Part shown: piece by piece, positions 19,698 through 30,945 of the stretch
How the letters are laid out: each line of letters opens with the position of its first letter
Position numbering within the stretch: position 1 is the stretch's first letter
DNA from: Desulfobacterales bacterium
Lineage (GTDB): Bacteria > Desulfobacterota > Desulfobacteria > Desulfobacterales > UBA5852
Assembly: GCA_963674755.2 (NCBI GenBank)
Contig: CAXXVS010000002.1
Span: 576,001 to 640,000 of the forward strand
DNA length: 64,000 bases
Direction: 5' to 3'
The notes under the pieces: generated by a model
What the model was told of the DNA's origin: nothing
Database searches by the model: none
Seen by the model: the letters and a program-made list of their open reading frames with translations, nothing else
Program-made: the position numbers and the translations under genes

Positions 19698-22112
19698 ATG
19701 CAGGAACATCTCGCCGTTGCCGCCGAGGATCTGCGGCGCATCTGTGACCCCGCACAGTTTGACTTCCGTGACACTTCCGAACTGAAGCCCCTGGAATCCG
19801 TTATCGGACAGGAACGGGCGGTCCAGGCCATCGACTTCGGCCTCAATATGAAGAGTGCCGGCTACAACATTTTCGTGACCGGTCCGGTGGGGGCCGGCAA
19901 ATCGACGATTATCCGCGACATTGTCAACAAATTTGCGCGCAGCCAGCCGCAGCCGGATGATTGGTGCCTGGTGAATAACTTCCAGGACGTTTATCGCCCG
20001 GCGACCCTCCCGCTGCCTCCCGGCCGCGCCTTCGAATTCTCTAAACGCATGCGTAAGGTCGTTACCGACTTGCGCGGGGCGCTGCCCAAGATTTTCAGCG
20101 ATAAAGAGTTCCAGGACCGCCAGGCAGGTCTGCAGGACAAATATGTCCATGCCCAGGAGCGTCTTTTTGAAGAACTTCAAGCCCAGGCGGCGGAAAACAA
20201 CCTGCGCATCAACCGGACCAAAATCGGCTACCAGACCCTGGCTCTGCGCAACAACCAGCCCATCACCAAAGAAGACTTTGCCGCCCTTCCTGAAACGGAA
20301 CAAGCCGGCATCAAGGAAACCATCCGGACGTTTCAAGCGGTCATCGAAAAGGCAGAGCACCATATCGCCGAGCTGGCCCAGAAACACCAGTCTGCCATGG
20401 AGCAGCTCATGCAGGAGGCGGCCCTCTTTCTTATCCGCAGCCGATTGAATGTCCTCCGCCGGGCCTTTGAAGAGTGCCCGGCGGTACTGCCGTATCTGGA
20501 CCGTGTCCAGGATGATATGCTGGAAAACATTCATTTTTTTCTGCCCTCCAAGGAAGAGAATGCCGTCGCCGGTGAAAATGGCGCGGTCTTCGGCGCGTTC
20601 GATTTCAAACGGTATGACGTCAACGTATTGGCAGACCGCCAAACCGTGGAAGGGGCTCCCGTCATTCTGGAGCCCAACCCCACCTACCAGAACCTTTTCG
20701 GCCATATCGAAAAACGGGCTTCCATGGGCGGTGTGAAAACCGATTTTACCATGGTCCAAGGGGGCGCTCTGCTGCGCGCCAACGGCGGCTATCTGATCAT
20801 GGAGGTGGAAGCGCTCATGATGAACCCCCTGGTGTGGGAAGCGCTCAAGCGGGCTTTGCAGACCAAGGTGCTGAGTATCGAAGATATGCCTTCGGAAATG
20901 GGCTATGGGGTCACTTCCCTGCGGCCGGAGCCGATTCCCCTGGATGTCAAGGTCATCTTGTTGGGTAGCTACACGATCTTTGAAATCTTGCAGAACAACG
21001 ATTCCAAGTTTGACAAGATCTTCAAGGTGCGTGCGGATTTCGATTTTGAGACGGATTTGACGCCTGAAGCGGTACAACTCTATGCCCGCTTCATCGCCCG
21101 GGCCTGCCGCGAAGAACACCTGCTGCCGTTCACCCCCCAGGGGGTGGCCTCGATGGTGGAATACAGCGAGCGCTTCGTGGCCGATCAGAAGAAATTGTCT
21201 CTCCGCTTTGGCCCCATCGTGGACATTCTAAAAGAGGCCGATTACTGGGCCCGCAAGCAGAACAGTTCCGCCGTCAGCAGCGCACACGTGCAGCAGGCCA
21301 TCCAGAAACGGCGCTTCCGTTATAACCTCTATGAGGAGAAGATGCGGGAAGCTTTTGAAAACGAAAGTGTTCTGCTCGACGTCCAAGGGGAGATGGTCGG
21401 CCAGGTGACCGCCCTGGCGGTCTATCAGATGGGCGACATCGCCTTCGGTCGGCCGAGCCGCATCACGGCCGAAACGTTCATGGGCAAACCGGGCATCGTC
21501 AGCATCGAACGGGAAGTCGACCTGAGCGGCCGCACCCATGACAAAGGGGTGATGATATTGAGCGGCTACCTGGGGCGCACTTTTGCCCAACATGCCCCTC
21601 TGGGCATCAGTATCAGTCTGACCTTCGAACAGAGCTACGGACCAGTGGATGGCGACAGCGCTTCCTCCACCGAGTTGTACGTCATCCTCTCGAGCCTGGC
21701 CGACCTGGCGATTCGGCAAGGCATTGCGGTGACCGGTTCGGTGAACCAGAAGGGCGAAATCCAGGCCATCGGCGGGGTGAACCAGAAAGTGGAGGGGTAT
21801 TTCGATGTCTGCCGCCAGAAAGGCCTGACGGGCCACCAGGGGGTGATCATTCCCAGGGCCAATTTGACCCATCTCATGCTCAAGGAAGAAGTGGTCTCCG
21901 CGGTTCAGGCGGGCCAGTTCCATGTTTACCAGGTGGGCAATGTCACCGAGGGCATTCAGATCCTGACAGGCGTCCCGGCCGGCGACCCGGACGCGGAGGG
22001 CGTTTACCCACCTGACACGGTATACGGGCGTATCCAAAACAAACTGAATATCTTTATCGAGCGCAGCCAGAAATTGAAGCGCGCTGAAATGCAGCCGGTC
22101 ACGAAGGCCTGA
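19698..22112 (+). CDS. Lon-like protease (LonB/LonC type, AAA plus Lon_C)
   Basis: IGQERA, GPVGAGKST, coiled-coil insert, DGDSAS...GGVNQK Ser-Lys dyad. Confidence 0.9.
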   Translation: MQEHLAVAAEDLRRICDPAQFDFRDTSELKPLESVIGQERAVQAIDFGLNMKSAGYNIFVTGPVGAGKSTIIRDIVNKFARSQPQPDDWCLVNNFQDVYRPATLPLPPGRAFEFSKRMRKVVTDLRGALPKIFSDKEFQDRQAGLQDKYVHAQERLFEELQAQAAENNLRINRTKIGYQTLALRNNQPITKEDFAALPETEQAGIKETIRTFQAVIEKAEHHIAELAQKHQSAMEQLMQEAALFLIRSRLNVLRRAFEECPAVLPYLDRVQDDMLENIHFFLPSKEENAVAGENGAVFGAFDFKRYDVNVLADRQTVEGAPVILEPNPTYQNLFGHIEKRASMGGVKTDFTMVQGGALLRANGGYLIMEVEALMMNPLVWEALKRALQTKVLSIEDMPSEMGYGVTSLRPEPIPLDVKVILLGSYTIFEILQNNDSKFDKIFKVRADFDFETDLTPEAVQLYARFIARACREEHLLPFTPQGVASMVEYSERFVADQKKLSLRFGPIVDILKEADYWARKQNSSAVSSAHVQQAIQKRRFRYNLYEEKMREAFENESVLLDVQGEMVGQVTALAVYQMGDIAFGRPSRITAETFMGKPGIVSIEREVDLSGRTHDKGVMILSGYLGRTFAQHAPLGISISLTFEQSYGPVDGDSASSTELYVILSSLADLAIRQGIAVTGSVNQKGEIQAIGGVNQKVEGYFDVCRQKGLTGHQGVIIPRANLTHLMLKEEVVSAVQAGQFHVYQVGNVTEGIQILTGVPAGDPDAEGVYPPDTVYGRIQNKLNIFIERSQKLKRAEMQPVTKA

Positions 22113-22306
22113 AGACGGGATGATATGATAATCCGGAATGCCCGTCATAAACCATAAAAAGCTTTATCAATCGGGTGAATTCGTTTAAAGACGGTAGAAC
22201 GCCGGGCTGGGCCCCGGGGAATGGCGTGGGGCGGGGCTCGGAGGCTGTATGGGCCAGCGATATTCCCGTTCGTAGCGGCCGCTTTCCGACGGGTAAGGGA
22301 GAATTC

Positions 22307-23776
22307 ATGAATCGCGATAGCTATATTGAATCGCTTCGATCGGAATTGCTTGATCTGGTCGAGGAACACCTGTCCCCCATCGCTCTGCGATACGGCTACA
22401 GCGAAGTGCCGCTGGAAAGCAACATCAAATGGCGGCCGTTGGTCCTCGTCCTGGGCAATTACTCCTCGGGTAAATCGACCCTGATCAACGATTTTCTGGG
22501 GATGAATATCCAGGCCACCGGTCAGGCGCCCACGGATGATTCCTTCACGGTCATCACCCACGGTGAGCCGGATGGCGATCCGGACAAGATTCAGGTGGTG
22601 GAGACACGCGACGGCAAATTTCTTCTCAACGATCCCGAGTATCCCTTTGAAACCCTGAAACGTTACGGCCAGCGGTTTGCCGCGCATTTCCGGCTGAAAA
22701 AAGTCAACTCGCCATTCCTGGAAAACCTCGCCATCATCGATACCCCCGGTATGCTGGACAGCATTACCGAGCGGGACCGGGGCTACAACTATCAGGAGGT
22801 TATCGGCGATTTGGCCCAGATGGCCGATCTGGTGCTGGTCCTGTTCGACCCCCATAAAGCTGGAACGGTCCGCGAAACCCATACCAGTCTGCGGGACACC
22901 CTCCCGGCCAAAACCTTCGAGGACCGGGTGCTTTTCGTGCTGAACCGGATCGACGAGTGTGCCTCGCTGATCGATTTGCTGCAGGTCTACGGCACATTGT
23001 GCTGGAATCTGTCGCAGATGACCGGGCGCAAGGATATTCCGCCGATCCGGCTGACCTATTCGGCCCATGCCATGTCGACCCCGTCGGGTGAACTGGGCCA
23101 GGATCTCGACTATCTCCGCTACCTGGCCAACCAGCGCACCGAGCTCAAGGAAGCGGTGCTGCAGGCGCCGCGCTACCGCCTGGACAACCTGGCCACATTC
23201 GTGGAAACCCACGGGGAGCGCCTCTCACACTTGCTGGAAGCCCTGGTAAGCTACCGGACACAGGCCAACAAATACCGCCTCAAACAGGTGGTGATGGGGA
23301 TGGTAGCAGGCGTGCTGGCCAGCGGCGCAACGGCCGTCGGATTGGTTGCCGCCGGCCTGATGGTGCCCGAGCCCCATCTGCTTGGCGCTGTCGCCGGTGG
23401 CGCAGGCATCCTGGGATTCGCGCTCTGGGTGAGCACCATCGGCCGCTGGCTGCGGCGGCGGTTCCATCGGGAGCAGCTCAAGAACCTCGATCGTCTGACG
23501 CCCTTGCGCAATCAGACCCGCCGGGACAGCTGGCAGTCCGTGCGCGACCTGGTCTATATGACTTTGAAACGCACCGAGGGGCGCATCGCACTCAAGCAGG
23601 TCAAAGCGGAATATCAGGCCGTCCACCGCATTTACATGGAAGGTGCCAAAGACATTCGTGAAGCGCTGAACGAATTATCCGGGCTGCGGGTGGGTGAAGT
23701 GCCTTCGTGGGCGGGACCAAAAACCGAAGAAGGCAGCCGCGAGTTTCCCTTCAAAGAGCTTTCCCGAACGGATTAG
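22307..23776 (+). CDS. Dynamin-superfamily (EHD-like) NTPase with two TM segments
   Basis: GNYSSGKS, PTDDSF, IIDTPG, LNRID, VYGTLCWNL. Confidence 0.85.
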   Translation: MNRDSYIESLRSELLDLVEEHLSPIALRYGYSEVPLESNIKWRPLVLVLGNYSSGKSTLINDFLGMNIQATGQAPTDDSFTVITHGEPDGDPDKIQVVETRDGKFLLNDPEYPFETLKRYGQRFAAHFRLKKVNSPFLENLAIIDTPGMLDSITERDRGYNYQEVIGDLAQMADLVLVLFDPHKAGTVRETHTSLRDTLPAKTFEDRVLFVLNRIDECASLIDLLQVYGTLCWNLSQMTGRKDIPPIRLTYSAHAMSTPSGELGQDLDYLRYLANQRTELKEAVLQAPRYRLDNLATFVETHGERLSHLLEALVSYRTQANKYRLKQVVMGMVAGVLASGATAVGLVAAGLMVPEPHLLGAVAGGAGILGFALWVSTIGRWLRRRFHREQLKNLDRLTPLRNQTRRDSWQSVRDLVYMTLKRTEGRIALKQVKAEYQAVHRIYMEGAKDIREALNELSGLRVGEVPSWAGPKTEEGSREFPFKELSRTD

Positions 23777-23872
23777 CGCCTCCTGGATTCTGCCGTGGTC
23801 CTGCTGGTCGTGCGGGGGCGGGCCAACGCCTGCCGCCCAGGGACGGCCGCCGATGCCTGGCGGCGGGAGGTA

Positions 23873-24403
23873 TCAGGCCGCCGCCAATGATTGGGCCATC
23901 ATCAACCCGCTGATGGTTTTAGCGTCCCGGATGCGGCCCGTCCTGATCATTTCCAACGTTTCTGCAAAACGGAATTCGTGAATCTCGATAATCTCATCCG
24001 GATCCAGTTGCTGTTCTGCCGGGGCCAGGTTCTGCGCGCGGAAGAGATGAATCGTTTCGTCCGAATAGGCGGGCAAGGGTGCGATGGCCCCCAACTTGTG
24101 CCAATCCCGGGCCGACATCCCGACTTCTTCGATCAGTTCGCGCCGGGCGCAGGTCAGCGGCGATTCGCCGGGCTCCATCGTTCCGGCGGGGATTTCCCAG
24201 ATATAGGCATCGATGGCGTAGCGGTATTGGCGGATCAACAGCACATGGCCGCGATCGGTTACGGGCACGATGGCGGCTGCCCCGGGATGGCGAATAACGT
24301 CAAGGGTCGTGGCCACGCCATTGGGCAGTGTGACCTGATCGCGATGCAGTGCAATTACGCGACCCTGGTGGACAATCGTGGAGTCGTGGCAGCGGGAGGG
24401 CAT
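23873..24403 (-). CDS. Nudix hydrolase (ADP-ribose pyrophosphatase-like)
   Basis: HPGAAAI, QYRYA, EIPAGTMEPGE....ARRELIEEVG, DAKT. Confidence 0.9.
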   Translation of the reverse strand: MPSRCHDSTIVHQGRVIALHRDQVTLPNGVATTLDVIRHPGAAAIVPVTDRGHVLLIRQYRYAIDAYIWEIPAGTMEPGESPLTCARRELIEEVGMSARDWHKLGAIAPLPAYSDETIHLFRAQNLAPAEQQLDPDEIIEIHEFRFAETLEMIRTGRIRDAKTISGLMMAQSLAAA

Positions 24404-24502
24404 GGTTTCCCTTTCGTCGGTCGTCAATCTTTGGGCACAAGGTCCCCGTTCCCGGGCGATGTCAATGGATCCGGACGATATCGTCTATGAATGAGTCCTG
24501 TC

Positions 24503-24648
24503 TAGTGTCCGTCCATAAATGGTAGCGTTTGGTTTATGGCAAGGCCCGAGCGCGTTTTCAACCGGAGGAATAGCGATCTATTTTGAGGATTGAAAACAAG
24601 CGAGAACGCCGCCAGGGGCCGAAAGATGCCATCTCTGAACGGGCACTA
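24503..24648 (+). repeat. Palindromic intergenic repeat, copy A
   Basis: Ends TAGTGTCCGTCCATAAATGG / CCATCTCTGAACGGGCACTA; shares CAAGGC, GAGAACGCC and GGGGCCGAAAGATGCC with the other copies. Confidence 0.85.
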
Positions 24649-24804
24649 TCTACGTCCACCATTTGATGGCTGTCAAGGAGCGCGGCGGTTTCCTCATTGT
24701 TTAAAAGCGCATTGACGTCCAAGGCGGGCGTCCCCATAATGGGGTGCGAGGTTGCCGGACCAGTGATGGAGGATGCGGTGACGGAACGGACCGGGAGAAG
24801 GTGT

Positions 24805-25338
24805 GTGCAAAGGACCGCCAGAAGGTTGGTGGGCGTTGCCGGATTGCTCGGGCTGCTGGGTTGCACCGTCATATCCCAGGGGATGATGGCCCAGGCCGAT
24901 AGGGACGTCACCTTTTCACAACTCAAGGCCGATACAGATCGTTATAAGGGACAGACGGTCATTCTGGGCGGACACATTATCGAGGTCCGCAACAAGGCCC
25001 GGGAGACCGTGATTCTGGTGCTGGAAACGCCCCTTGGGTCCGGTCAGGAACCCCGGCCGCCGGACCGCTCCCAGGGACGCTTTATGCTTTTCTGCGAAGG
25101 ATTCCTCGATCCCGAAGTATACGCCCAAGGGCGTATGCTCACGGTGGCCGGCCGTGTGCTGGGGCAAACCCGGGAAGCCATCGGGGACGAGCCCTACGTC
25201 TACCCGACCCTGGAAGCCCGGGAGATCCACCTTTGGGAACGCTATGAGGATCGGTACCGCTACCCACCGCCGTACCGGCCGCTCTATTACGATCCATGGG
25301 CCTATCGTTACCGGCGCTACGGTTATCCCTACCGATAA
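24805..25338 (+). CDS. Slp family outer-membrane lipoprotein
   Basis: Lipobox LLGC, VILGG.II, SQGRF, GFLDP.VY..GR.LTVAG, Tyr/Pro-rich tail. Confidence 0.85.
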   Translation: MQRTARRLVGVAGLLGLLGCTVISQGMMAQADRDVTFSQLKADTDRYKGQTVILGGHIIEVRNKARETVILVLETPLGSGQEPRPPDRSQGRFMLFCEGFLDPEVYAQGRMLTVAGRVLGQTREAIGDEPYVYPTLEAREIHLWERYEDRYRYPPPYRPLYYDPWAYRYRRYGYPYR

Positions 25339-25421
25339 CGCCCGATGACGACGGCAGGCGAGGGGATCGCCCGTCGGATCGCCTTTACGGCGCTAAAACG
25401 CTATGTTGCAGGAGGATATCC

Positions 25422-25931
25422 ATGATGACGTTGGAGGAAGCGATCACCCAGGCGATTGATTACGAAACCCGCATCCGCGACCTTTATCGTGACGCCGTTC
25501 AAGGAACCGCCGATCCTAAAGGCCGCCATGTCTTTCAGGCCCTGGCGGACGATGAACAGCGCCATATCGACTATTTGGAGGCCAAGCGCACCCAATGGTA
25601 TGGCGAGGGGCGGATCACGGTTGAATCCCTGGCATCGCACATCCCGGTCGCCGAACTGTTGGCCGCCAATATGGAGGGCCTAGAGCAGACCATGGCCCGG
25701 GAAGACCGCACGGATGAAAAGCGTATGCTCAGCAAGGCCCTGCAGGTCGAGGTGGAGACCAGTGCCTTCTACCGCCGGATGGTGGAACAGGTGGAAGGGG
25801 ATGCCCGCGCCATGTTTGCCCGCTTCCTGGAAATCGAAGATGGCCATATCGCCGCCGTGCAGGCCGAATTGGACTATATCAGCCATACGGGCTTCTGGTT
25901 CGATTTCCAGGAATTCGACTTGGAGGACTGA
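25422..25931 (+). CDS. Rubrerythrin/ferritin-like diiron protein
   Basis: AIDYE, DEQRH, VE....FY, IEDGH; GGAGG RBS. Confidence 0.85.
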   Translation: MMTLEEAITQAIDYETRIRDLYRDAVQGTADPKGRHVFQALADDEQRHIDYLEAKRTQWYGEGRITVESLASHIPVAELLAANMEGLEQTMAREDRTDEKRMLSKALQVEVETSAFYRRMVEQVEGDARAMFARFLEIEDGHIAAVQAELDYISHTGFWFDFQEFDLED

Positions 25932-26300
25932 TGCTCCTGCCACATGTCGGGTTACTGTTCCGCCCGATCCCGACGCCGGTGAACTTATCCCTGTCGCTTG
26001 ACTGTTGAACGGGTGCGCCCGATTACCCGAGCGAACCAAAGCGCACCGGTCTGATCCAAGAGCCACCTTCCCTTGCCACAGCGCTGTCCGACATGGCGAT
26101 CTTGGTCCTTTGCCCGGAACAGGTTGCACCCCCGCCGGGCGCCGCAGGAACCCACTTTGCCGCTGGTTTTAAGTCTTGACACAAAACCCAAATTTTAATA
26201 TGAGCCCTCTTTTGGTTCGATAAGTTGGTCGACGGGTTATTTTGTGGCGGGAAAGGACGTCGGTTTCATTGCCTGAATCCGGCGATGGTAAGGAGACGCT

Positions 26301-27662
26301 ATGGCAGGATCCGTTCAAGCTTTCGGGGGCAGCGGGACGTTCAAACATGGGGTCCACCCTCCGGAGCGGAAGCATTTTTCCGAAGATATGCCCATCGAGG
26401 TGGTGCCCACGCCCCAACAGGTGTTGCTGCCGATGTTGCAGCACGTCGGCGCGCCCAGCATTCCGGTGGTGAAACCCAAGGATGTCGTCGCCTTTGGCGA
26501 TATGGTTTGTAAAAGCGGCGGGTTCGTGTCGGCGCCGGTACACGCCCCGATTGCCGGCAAGGTGCTGAAATCGGCCGTCACCACGCTGCCCAACGGTCGT
26601 CACGTACAGGTGCTGCCCATCAAGGCGGAAGGCGATCAACTGGAAGGCCAGGCCCTGAAGCGTGAGATCCTGGGAGGGGACTGGTCGCTGGAGGACGTGA
26701 CCGATGATCGCGAAGCCATCACCCAAGCTATCGCCAATGCCGGCATCGTCGGGCTGGGCGGGGCGGCCTTTCCCACCCATGTCAAATATACCCCCAACGA
26801 TAAAAAACCCGTCGATACCGTGTTGATCAACGGGTGTGAATGCGAGCCCTACCTGACGCCCGATTATCGGGTCATGCTGGAAGCCGCCCCGGCCATCGTG
26901 GCCGGTGCGACGCTGGCCGGCCGTGCCGCCGGCGCACGGGACATCATCATCGCTGTTGAAGACAACAAACCCGAAGCCATCAAGACCCTCCAGGAAGCGG
27001 CCCAAGGCAGCGACGTCAAGATCGTGGTGGTCAAAACCAAATATCCCCAGGGCAGTGAAAAACAACTCATCATGGCGGTGCTCAAGCGGGAAGTTCCGTT
27101 GGGGGGGCTGCCCCTCGATGTGGGGGTCGCGGTGAGCAATGTGGGGACGACGGTGGCCATCGCCCGGGCGGTCCTGCGGGGCAAACCCATGACCCACCGT
27201 GTGGTCAGCGTCACGGGCAGCGGCATTCGCCAGCCTAAAAATTTGCTCGTTCCGGTGGGCATCGCGTATAGCGAGTTGATCGCGTTCTGTGGCGGCCTTA
27301 CGGAAAACGCCGCCCGCATCATTTCCGGCGGCCCCATGATGGGCTTTGCGTTCGCCAACCTCAATGCGCCGGTCACCAAGGGGACCAGCGCCGTGACGGT
27401 TCTGGTAGCCGACGACGTTCGCAAAGCGGACGAGACCGCCTGTATCCGCTGTGGCCGTTGCGTGGATGCCTGCCCCATGAATCTCGTGCCGACCAAGATC
27501 GCTTTGGCCAGTCGGGCCAAGGATGTGAATCTGGCCCAGGCCTATAACATCATGGCCTGTTTCGAATGCGGCTCCTGTGCGTTTACCTGTCCAGCCAGCA
27601 TTCCCCTGGTCCAATTGATTCGAACCGGCAAGGCGCTGGTGGTTGCCAGTCAGCGGAAATAG
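26301..27662 (+). CDS. rnfC: Rnf complex subunit C
   Basis: GVHPP, QHVGAP, GLGGAAFPT, NGCECEPY, two 4Fe-4S motifs. Confidence 0.95.
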   Translation: MAGSVQAFGGSGTFKHGVHPPERKHFSEDMPIEVVPTPQQVLLPMLQHVGAPSIPVVKPKDVVAFGDMVCKSGGFVSAPVHAPIAGKVLKSAVTTLPNGRHVQVLPIKAEGDQLEGQALKREILGGDWSLEDVTDDREAITQAIANAGIVGLGGAAFPTHVKYTPNDKKPVDTVLINGCECEPYLTPDYRVMLEAAPAIVAGATLAGRAAGARDIIIAVEDNKPEAIKTLQEAAQGSDVKIVVVKTKYPQGSEKQLIMAVLKREVPLGGLPLDVGVAVSNVGTTVAIARAVLRGKPMTHRVVSVTGSGIRQPKNLLVPVGIAYSELIAFCGGLTENAARIISGGPMMGFAFANLNAPVTKGTSAVTVLVADDVRKADETACIRCGRCVDACPMNLVPTKIALASRAKDVNLAQAYNIMACFECGSCAFTCPASIPLVQLIRTGKALVVASQRK

Positions 27663-27744
27663 GACGCGGCCCATGAGGGTCCGCCTCGTTTCGCATGCGG
27701 GGGCTCACCATTCGATCACCTCTAAGGCTGTTTAACGGATTATC

Positions 27745-28740
27745 ATGACAGAAAACGTACAAACAATGGCATCGGAAACCAAGCCAGCGGCACCCGTCAT
27801 CCATGTTTCCCCATCGCCGCATTTATCCAATCAGGCCCTCACCACCCAGCGCATCATGCTGGACGTGGTCATCGGGCTCGTGCCGACGGTACTGATGGCC
27901 CTCTATGTCTTTCGCCTTTATGCGGTCAAACAATTGGCGATTTGCGTTATCAGCTGCCTCGCCGCGGAAGCTCTCTTTACCCGCATGCGCGGGCGGGCGC
28001 TCCCGCTGGCGGATTGCTCCGCGCTGGTCACCGGACTGATCATAGCGCTTTCTTTGCCGGGCCCTGCTCCCTGGTACGTGGGCCTGATCGCTTCTTTTGT
28101 GGCCATCGGCATCGGCAAGACCATCTTCGGTGGTGTCGGCATGAATATCTTCAATCCGGCCATGGTGGGACGGGCCTTTGTCATGATCGCGTTTGCCAGC
28201 GCGCTGGCTGCCGCCGGTTATCAGGATGCCACCAGCGCGGTGGATGCGGTCACCCAGGCGACCCCCTTGGATACCTTTAAACAGACCGGCCTGTCGACCC
28301 CACTGTCCGTTTTGTTTTTCGGCCTGACCAACGGATCCTTGGGTGAGACCAGCGCCCTGGCATGTCTTATCGGCGGTCTCTATCTGTGTATTCGCCGCAC
28401 CGCTTCATGGGAAATTCCAGCCGGGGTCATTCTGTCGGTGGCGGTGCTGGGCGGCATCGCGAATCTGGCCAATCCCCATTCGGGCTGGACGGTCCTGCAT
28501 CATCTCTTAAGCGGGGCTTTGCTGTTCGGCGCTTTTTTCATCGCCACGGACCCGGTCTCCAGTCCGCTCACCCCCAAAGGCAAATTCATATTCGGTGTCG
28601 GCATTGGCGCGATCATTATGCTGCTGCGGCTCTTCAGCGGCTACCCGGAAGGCGTCATGTTCGCCGTACTCCTGATGAATGCCCTGACGCCCCTGATCAA
28701 CCGCTGGACCATCCCGCGTCCTCTGGGAGGCCAGAAGTAG
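27745..28740 (+). CDS. rnfD: Rnf complex subunit D
   Basis: SPHL, FNPAMVGR, ATPL FMN site, GETSA, ATDPVSSP. Confidence 0.95.
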   Translation: MTENVQTMASETKPAAPVIHVSPSPHLSNQALTTQRIMLDVVIGLVPTVLMALYVFRLYAVKQLAICVISCLAAEALFTRMRGRALPLADCSALVTGLIIALSLPGPAPWYVGLIASFVAIGIGKTIFGGVGMNIFNPAMVGRAFVMIAFASALAAAGYQDATSAVDAVTQATPLDTFKQTGLSTPLSVLFFGLTNGSLGETSALACLIGGLYLCIRRTASWEIPAGVILSVAVLGGIANLANPHSGWTVLHHLLSGALLFGAFFIATDPVSSPLTPKGKFIFGVGIGAIIMLLRLFSGYPEGVMFAVLLMNALTPLINRWTIPRPLGGQK

Positions 28741-28812
28741 GCCGCCATTCCCTTGCATTTCGGGCATTGGTGCGGATTCAACGAATTTTTCTGAGGAGAG
28801 CGTAGGCACGGC

Positions 28813-29451
28813 ATGACAGAACATGTGAAATCCAATTTTTTTTCCCAGGCCTGGCTGGTACTGCTTCTGTCCATCTGTTTCGGAGCCCTGCTGGCGGCCG
28901 TGCAGATCACCCTGGGGCCGACCATCGAGGCCAACAAAATCAACGAAACCCTGGCGAAAGTCCCCGAAATGGTTTTCGGTGCGGCACGGGCCGAGGAATT
29001 GGCCGCCAAGCATGAAACCGTGGATGTCAGTCCCCTCTCGGTGGAGGTGGACAAGGCCGGGAAAAAGGTACGTTACAGCGTCTACGAAGCCAGGACCAAT
29101 GGGCATCTGGATGGATGGGTCGCCAAAACCGCCGGTCAGGGGTATGCCGACAAGATCGAAATGCTGATCGGCTTCGATCCGCAGATGGACAAGATCACCG
29201 GTATTTTCATCCTCGACCAGAAAGAGACACCCGGTCTCGGCAATAAAATTTCCACCGAAGACTGGCGGCACCAGTTTGTGGGCAAATCCACGGCGCAACC
29301 CCTTTCGGTGGTGAAGGGCAATGTCAAGGCCGGCAATGAGATCGACGCCATCACGGGGGCCACCATTTCCTCCAAGTCCGTGACCGGTATCGTCAATACG
29401 GTGGTTAAAGATCTTCGTAACCCTTTGATTGAGAAGGCAAAAGGAAAGTAG
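28813..29451 (+). CDS. rnfG: Rnf complex subunit G
   Basis: ETPGLG, DAITGATISS FMN-binding motif. Confidence 0.95.
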   Translation: MTEHVKSNFFSQAWLVLLLSICFGALLAAVQITLGPTIEANKINETLAKVPEMVFGAARAEELAAKHETVDVSPLSVEVDKAGKKVRYSVYEARTNGHLDGWVAKTAGQGYADKIEMLIGFDPQMDKITGIFILDQKETPGLGNKISTEDWRHQFVGKSTAQPLSVVKGNVKAGNEIDAITGATISSKSVTGIVNTVVKDLRNPLIEKAKGK

Positions 29452-29453
29452 TC

Positions 29454-30083
29454 ATGGCTGACCAACCCACTGCCCTGGAACGTTTCATTCAGGGGATTCT
29501 ACCCGAAAATCCGGTTTTCAGGCAGCTTCTCGGGCTGTGCCCAACGCTGGCGGTGACCAACAACATGAAATCCGCCGTCACGATGGCCGGCGCGGTCATG
29601 TTCGTTCTCTTCTGCGCCAACGTCATCACCAGTCTGATCCGCAACCTGCTCAAGCCCCATCTGCGCATCGTCATCTTTACCCTGACCATTGCGACCTTCG
29701 TGACGATCGCCGACCGCTTCCTGGCCGCTTATCTCTATCAGATGAGCAAAACCCTGGGACCTTACATCCCGCTGATCATCGTCAACTGCATCATCATCTG
29801 CCGCTGTGAAGTCTGCGCCTCCAAACAGGGGATGGTGACCGCCGGCGCGGATGCCATCGGGCAATCCATCGGTTTCGGGATCGCCCTTTCGGCCATCGCC
29901 AGCGTGCGTGAAATCCTGGGGACCGGCAACTTTTTTGATATCCCCGTGCTGCCGGCGGCCTGGCCGGACTGGGTCATCATGGTGCTGCCGCCGGGGGCCT
30001 TTTTGACCTTTGGTCTCCTGATCGGGCTGGTGAACTGGTACACCTCATTGCGTGCATCTAAAGCCGGGAATAGCGAGGGCTAA
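29454..30083 (+). CDS. rnfE: Rnf complex subunit E
   Basis: [29 protein letters not shown]. Confidence 0.95.
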   Translation: MADQPTALERFIQGILPENPVFRQLLGLCPTLAVTNNMKSAVTMAGAVMFVLFCANVITSLIRNLLKPHLRIVIFTLTIATFVTIADRFLAAYLYQMSKTLGPYIPLIIVNCIIICRCEVCASKQGMVTAGADAIGQSIGFGIALSAIASVREILGTGNFFDIPVLPAAWPDWVIMVLPPGAFLTFGLLIGLVNWYTSLRASKAGNSEG

Positions 30084-30088
30084 CCACT

Positions 30089-30871
30089 ATGCTGAACTAT
30101 ATCGTCGATATTTTCCTGATTGCCGTAAGTGCTGCGCTCATCAACAACTTTGTGCTGCACTATTTCGTGGGCTGCTGTCCCTTCGTGGGGGTGTCCCGGC
30201 GCATCGACATGGCGTTTGGCATGGGAGCCGCGGTGACCTTCGTGATCAGCATCGCGGCTTTCATCAGCTGGGTCATTACCACCTTTGTACTGGTGCAGGG
30301 GGCGCCCCTTTCGCGTTGGATCGCCGGCTTTTTCGTGTCGCCCGAGACTGCGGCCAACGTGGATCTGACCATATTAAGCTATATCGTCTATATCCTGGCG
30401 ATTGCGTCCTCGGTGCAGTTCGTTGAAATGTATGTGCGCAAATTCTACCCCCCGCTCTATAAATCCTTCGGGGTCTACCTCCCTCTGATTACGACCAATT
30501 GTGCGATTCTCTTCGCGTGTCTGATGATCATGAGCCACATCGTGGGGGTGGACGATCCGGCTCAGGCGTGGGATCTGGGCCGCTCATTGGTGCTGGGTAT
30601 TTTCGGCGGGGTGGGCTTTACCATCGCCATTGTCATCATGGCCGGTATCCGGGAAGAACTCGATCTGTGCGATGTGCCGGCGCCTTTCAAGGGGACGGCC
30701 ATTACGATGATCGTAGCCGGTATCCTGGCCCTGGGATTCATGGGCTTCACCGGTGTCGATTCCGGGCTGCGCAAAGCCATGACGCCGCGTCCGGCCGGCC
30801 AGGCCGTTTTAGACCAGAACCAACCGTCGCGCATCGTCGATCAAGGGACAAACAACCAGCCCATTGGCTGA
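30089..30871 (+). CDS. rnfA: Rnf complex subunit A
   Basis: [29 protein letters not shown]. Confidence 0.95.
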   Translation: MLNYIVDIFLIAVSAALINNFVLHYFVGCCPFVGVSRRIDMAFGMGAAVTFVISIAAFISWVITTFVLVQGAPLSRWIAGFFVSPETAANVDLTILSYIVYILAIASSVQFVEMYVRKFYPPLYKSFGVYLPLITTNCAILFACLMIMSHIVGVDDPAQAWDLGRSLVLGIFGGVGFTIAIVIMAGIREELDLCDVPAPFKGTAITMIVAGILALGFMGFTGVDSGLRKAMTPRPAGQAVLDQNQPSRIVDQGTNNQPIG

Positions 30872-30945
30872 ACCAGGCGATGCCGTCCGCATGCGACACT
30901 GACGGCAGGCATCCGCAGCGCCTATCAGGATAGGGAGATGGATTC

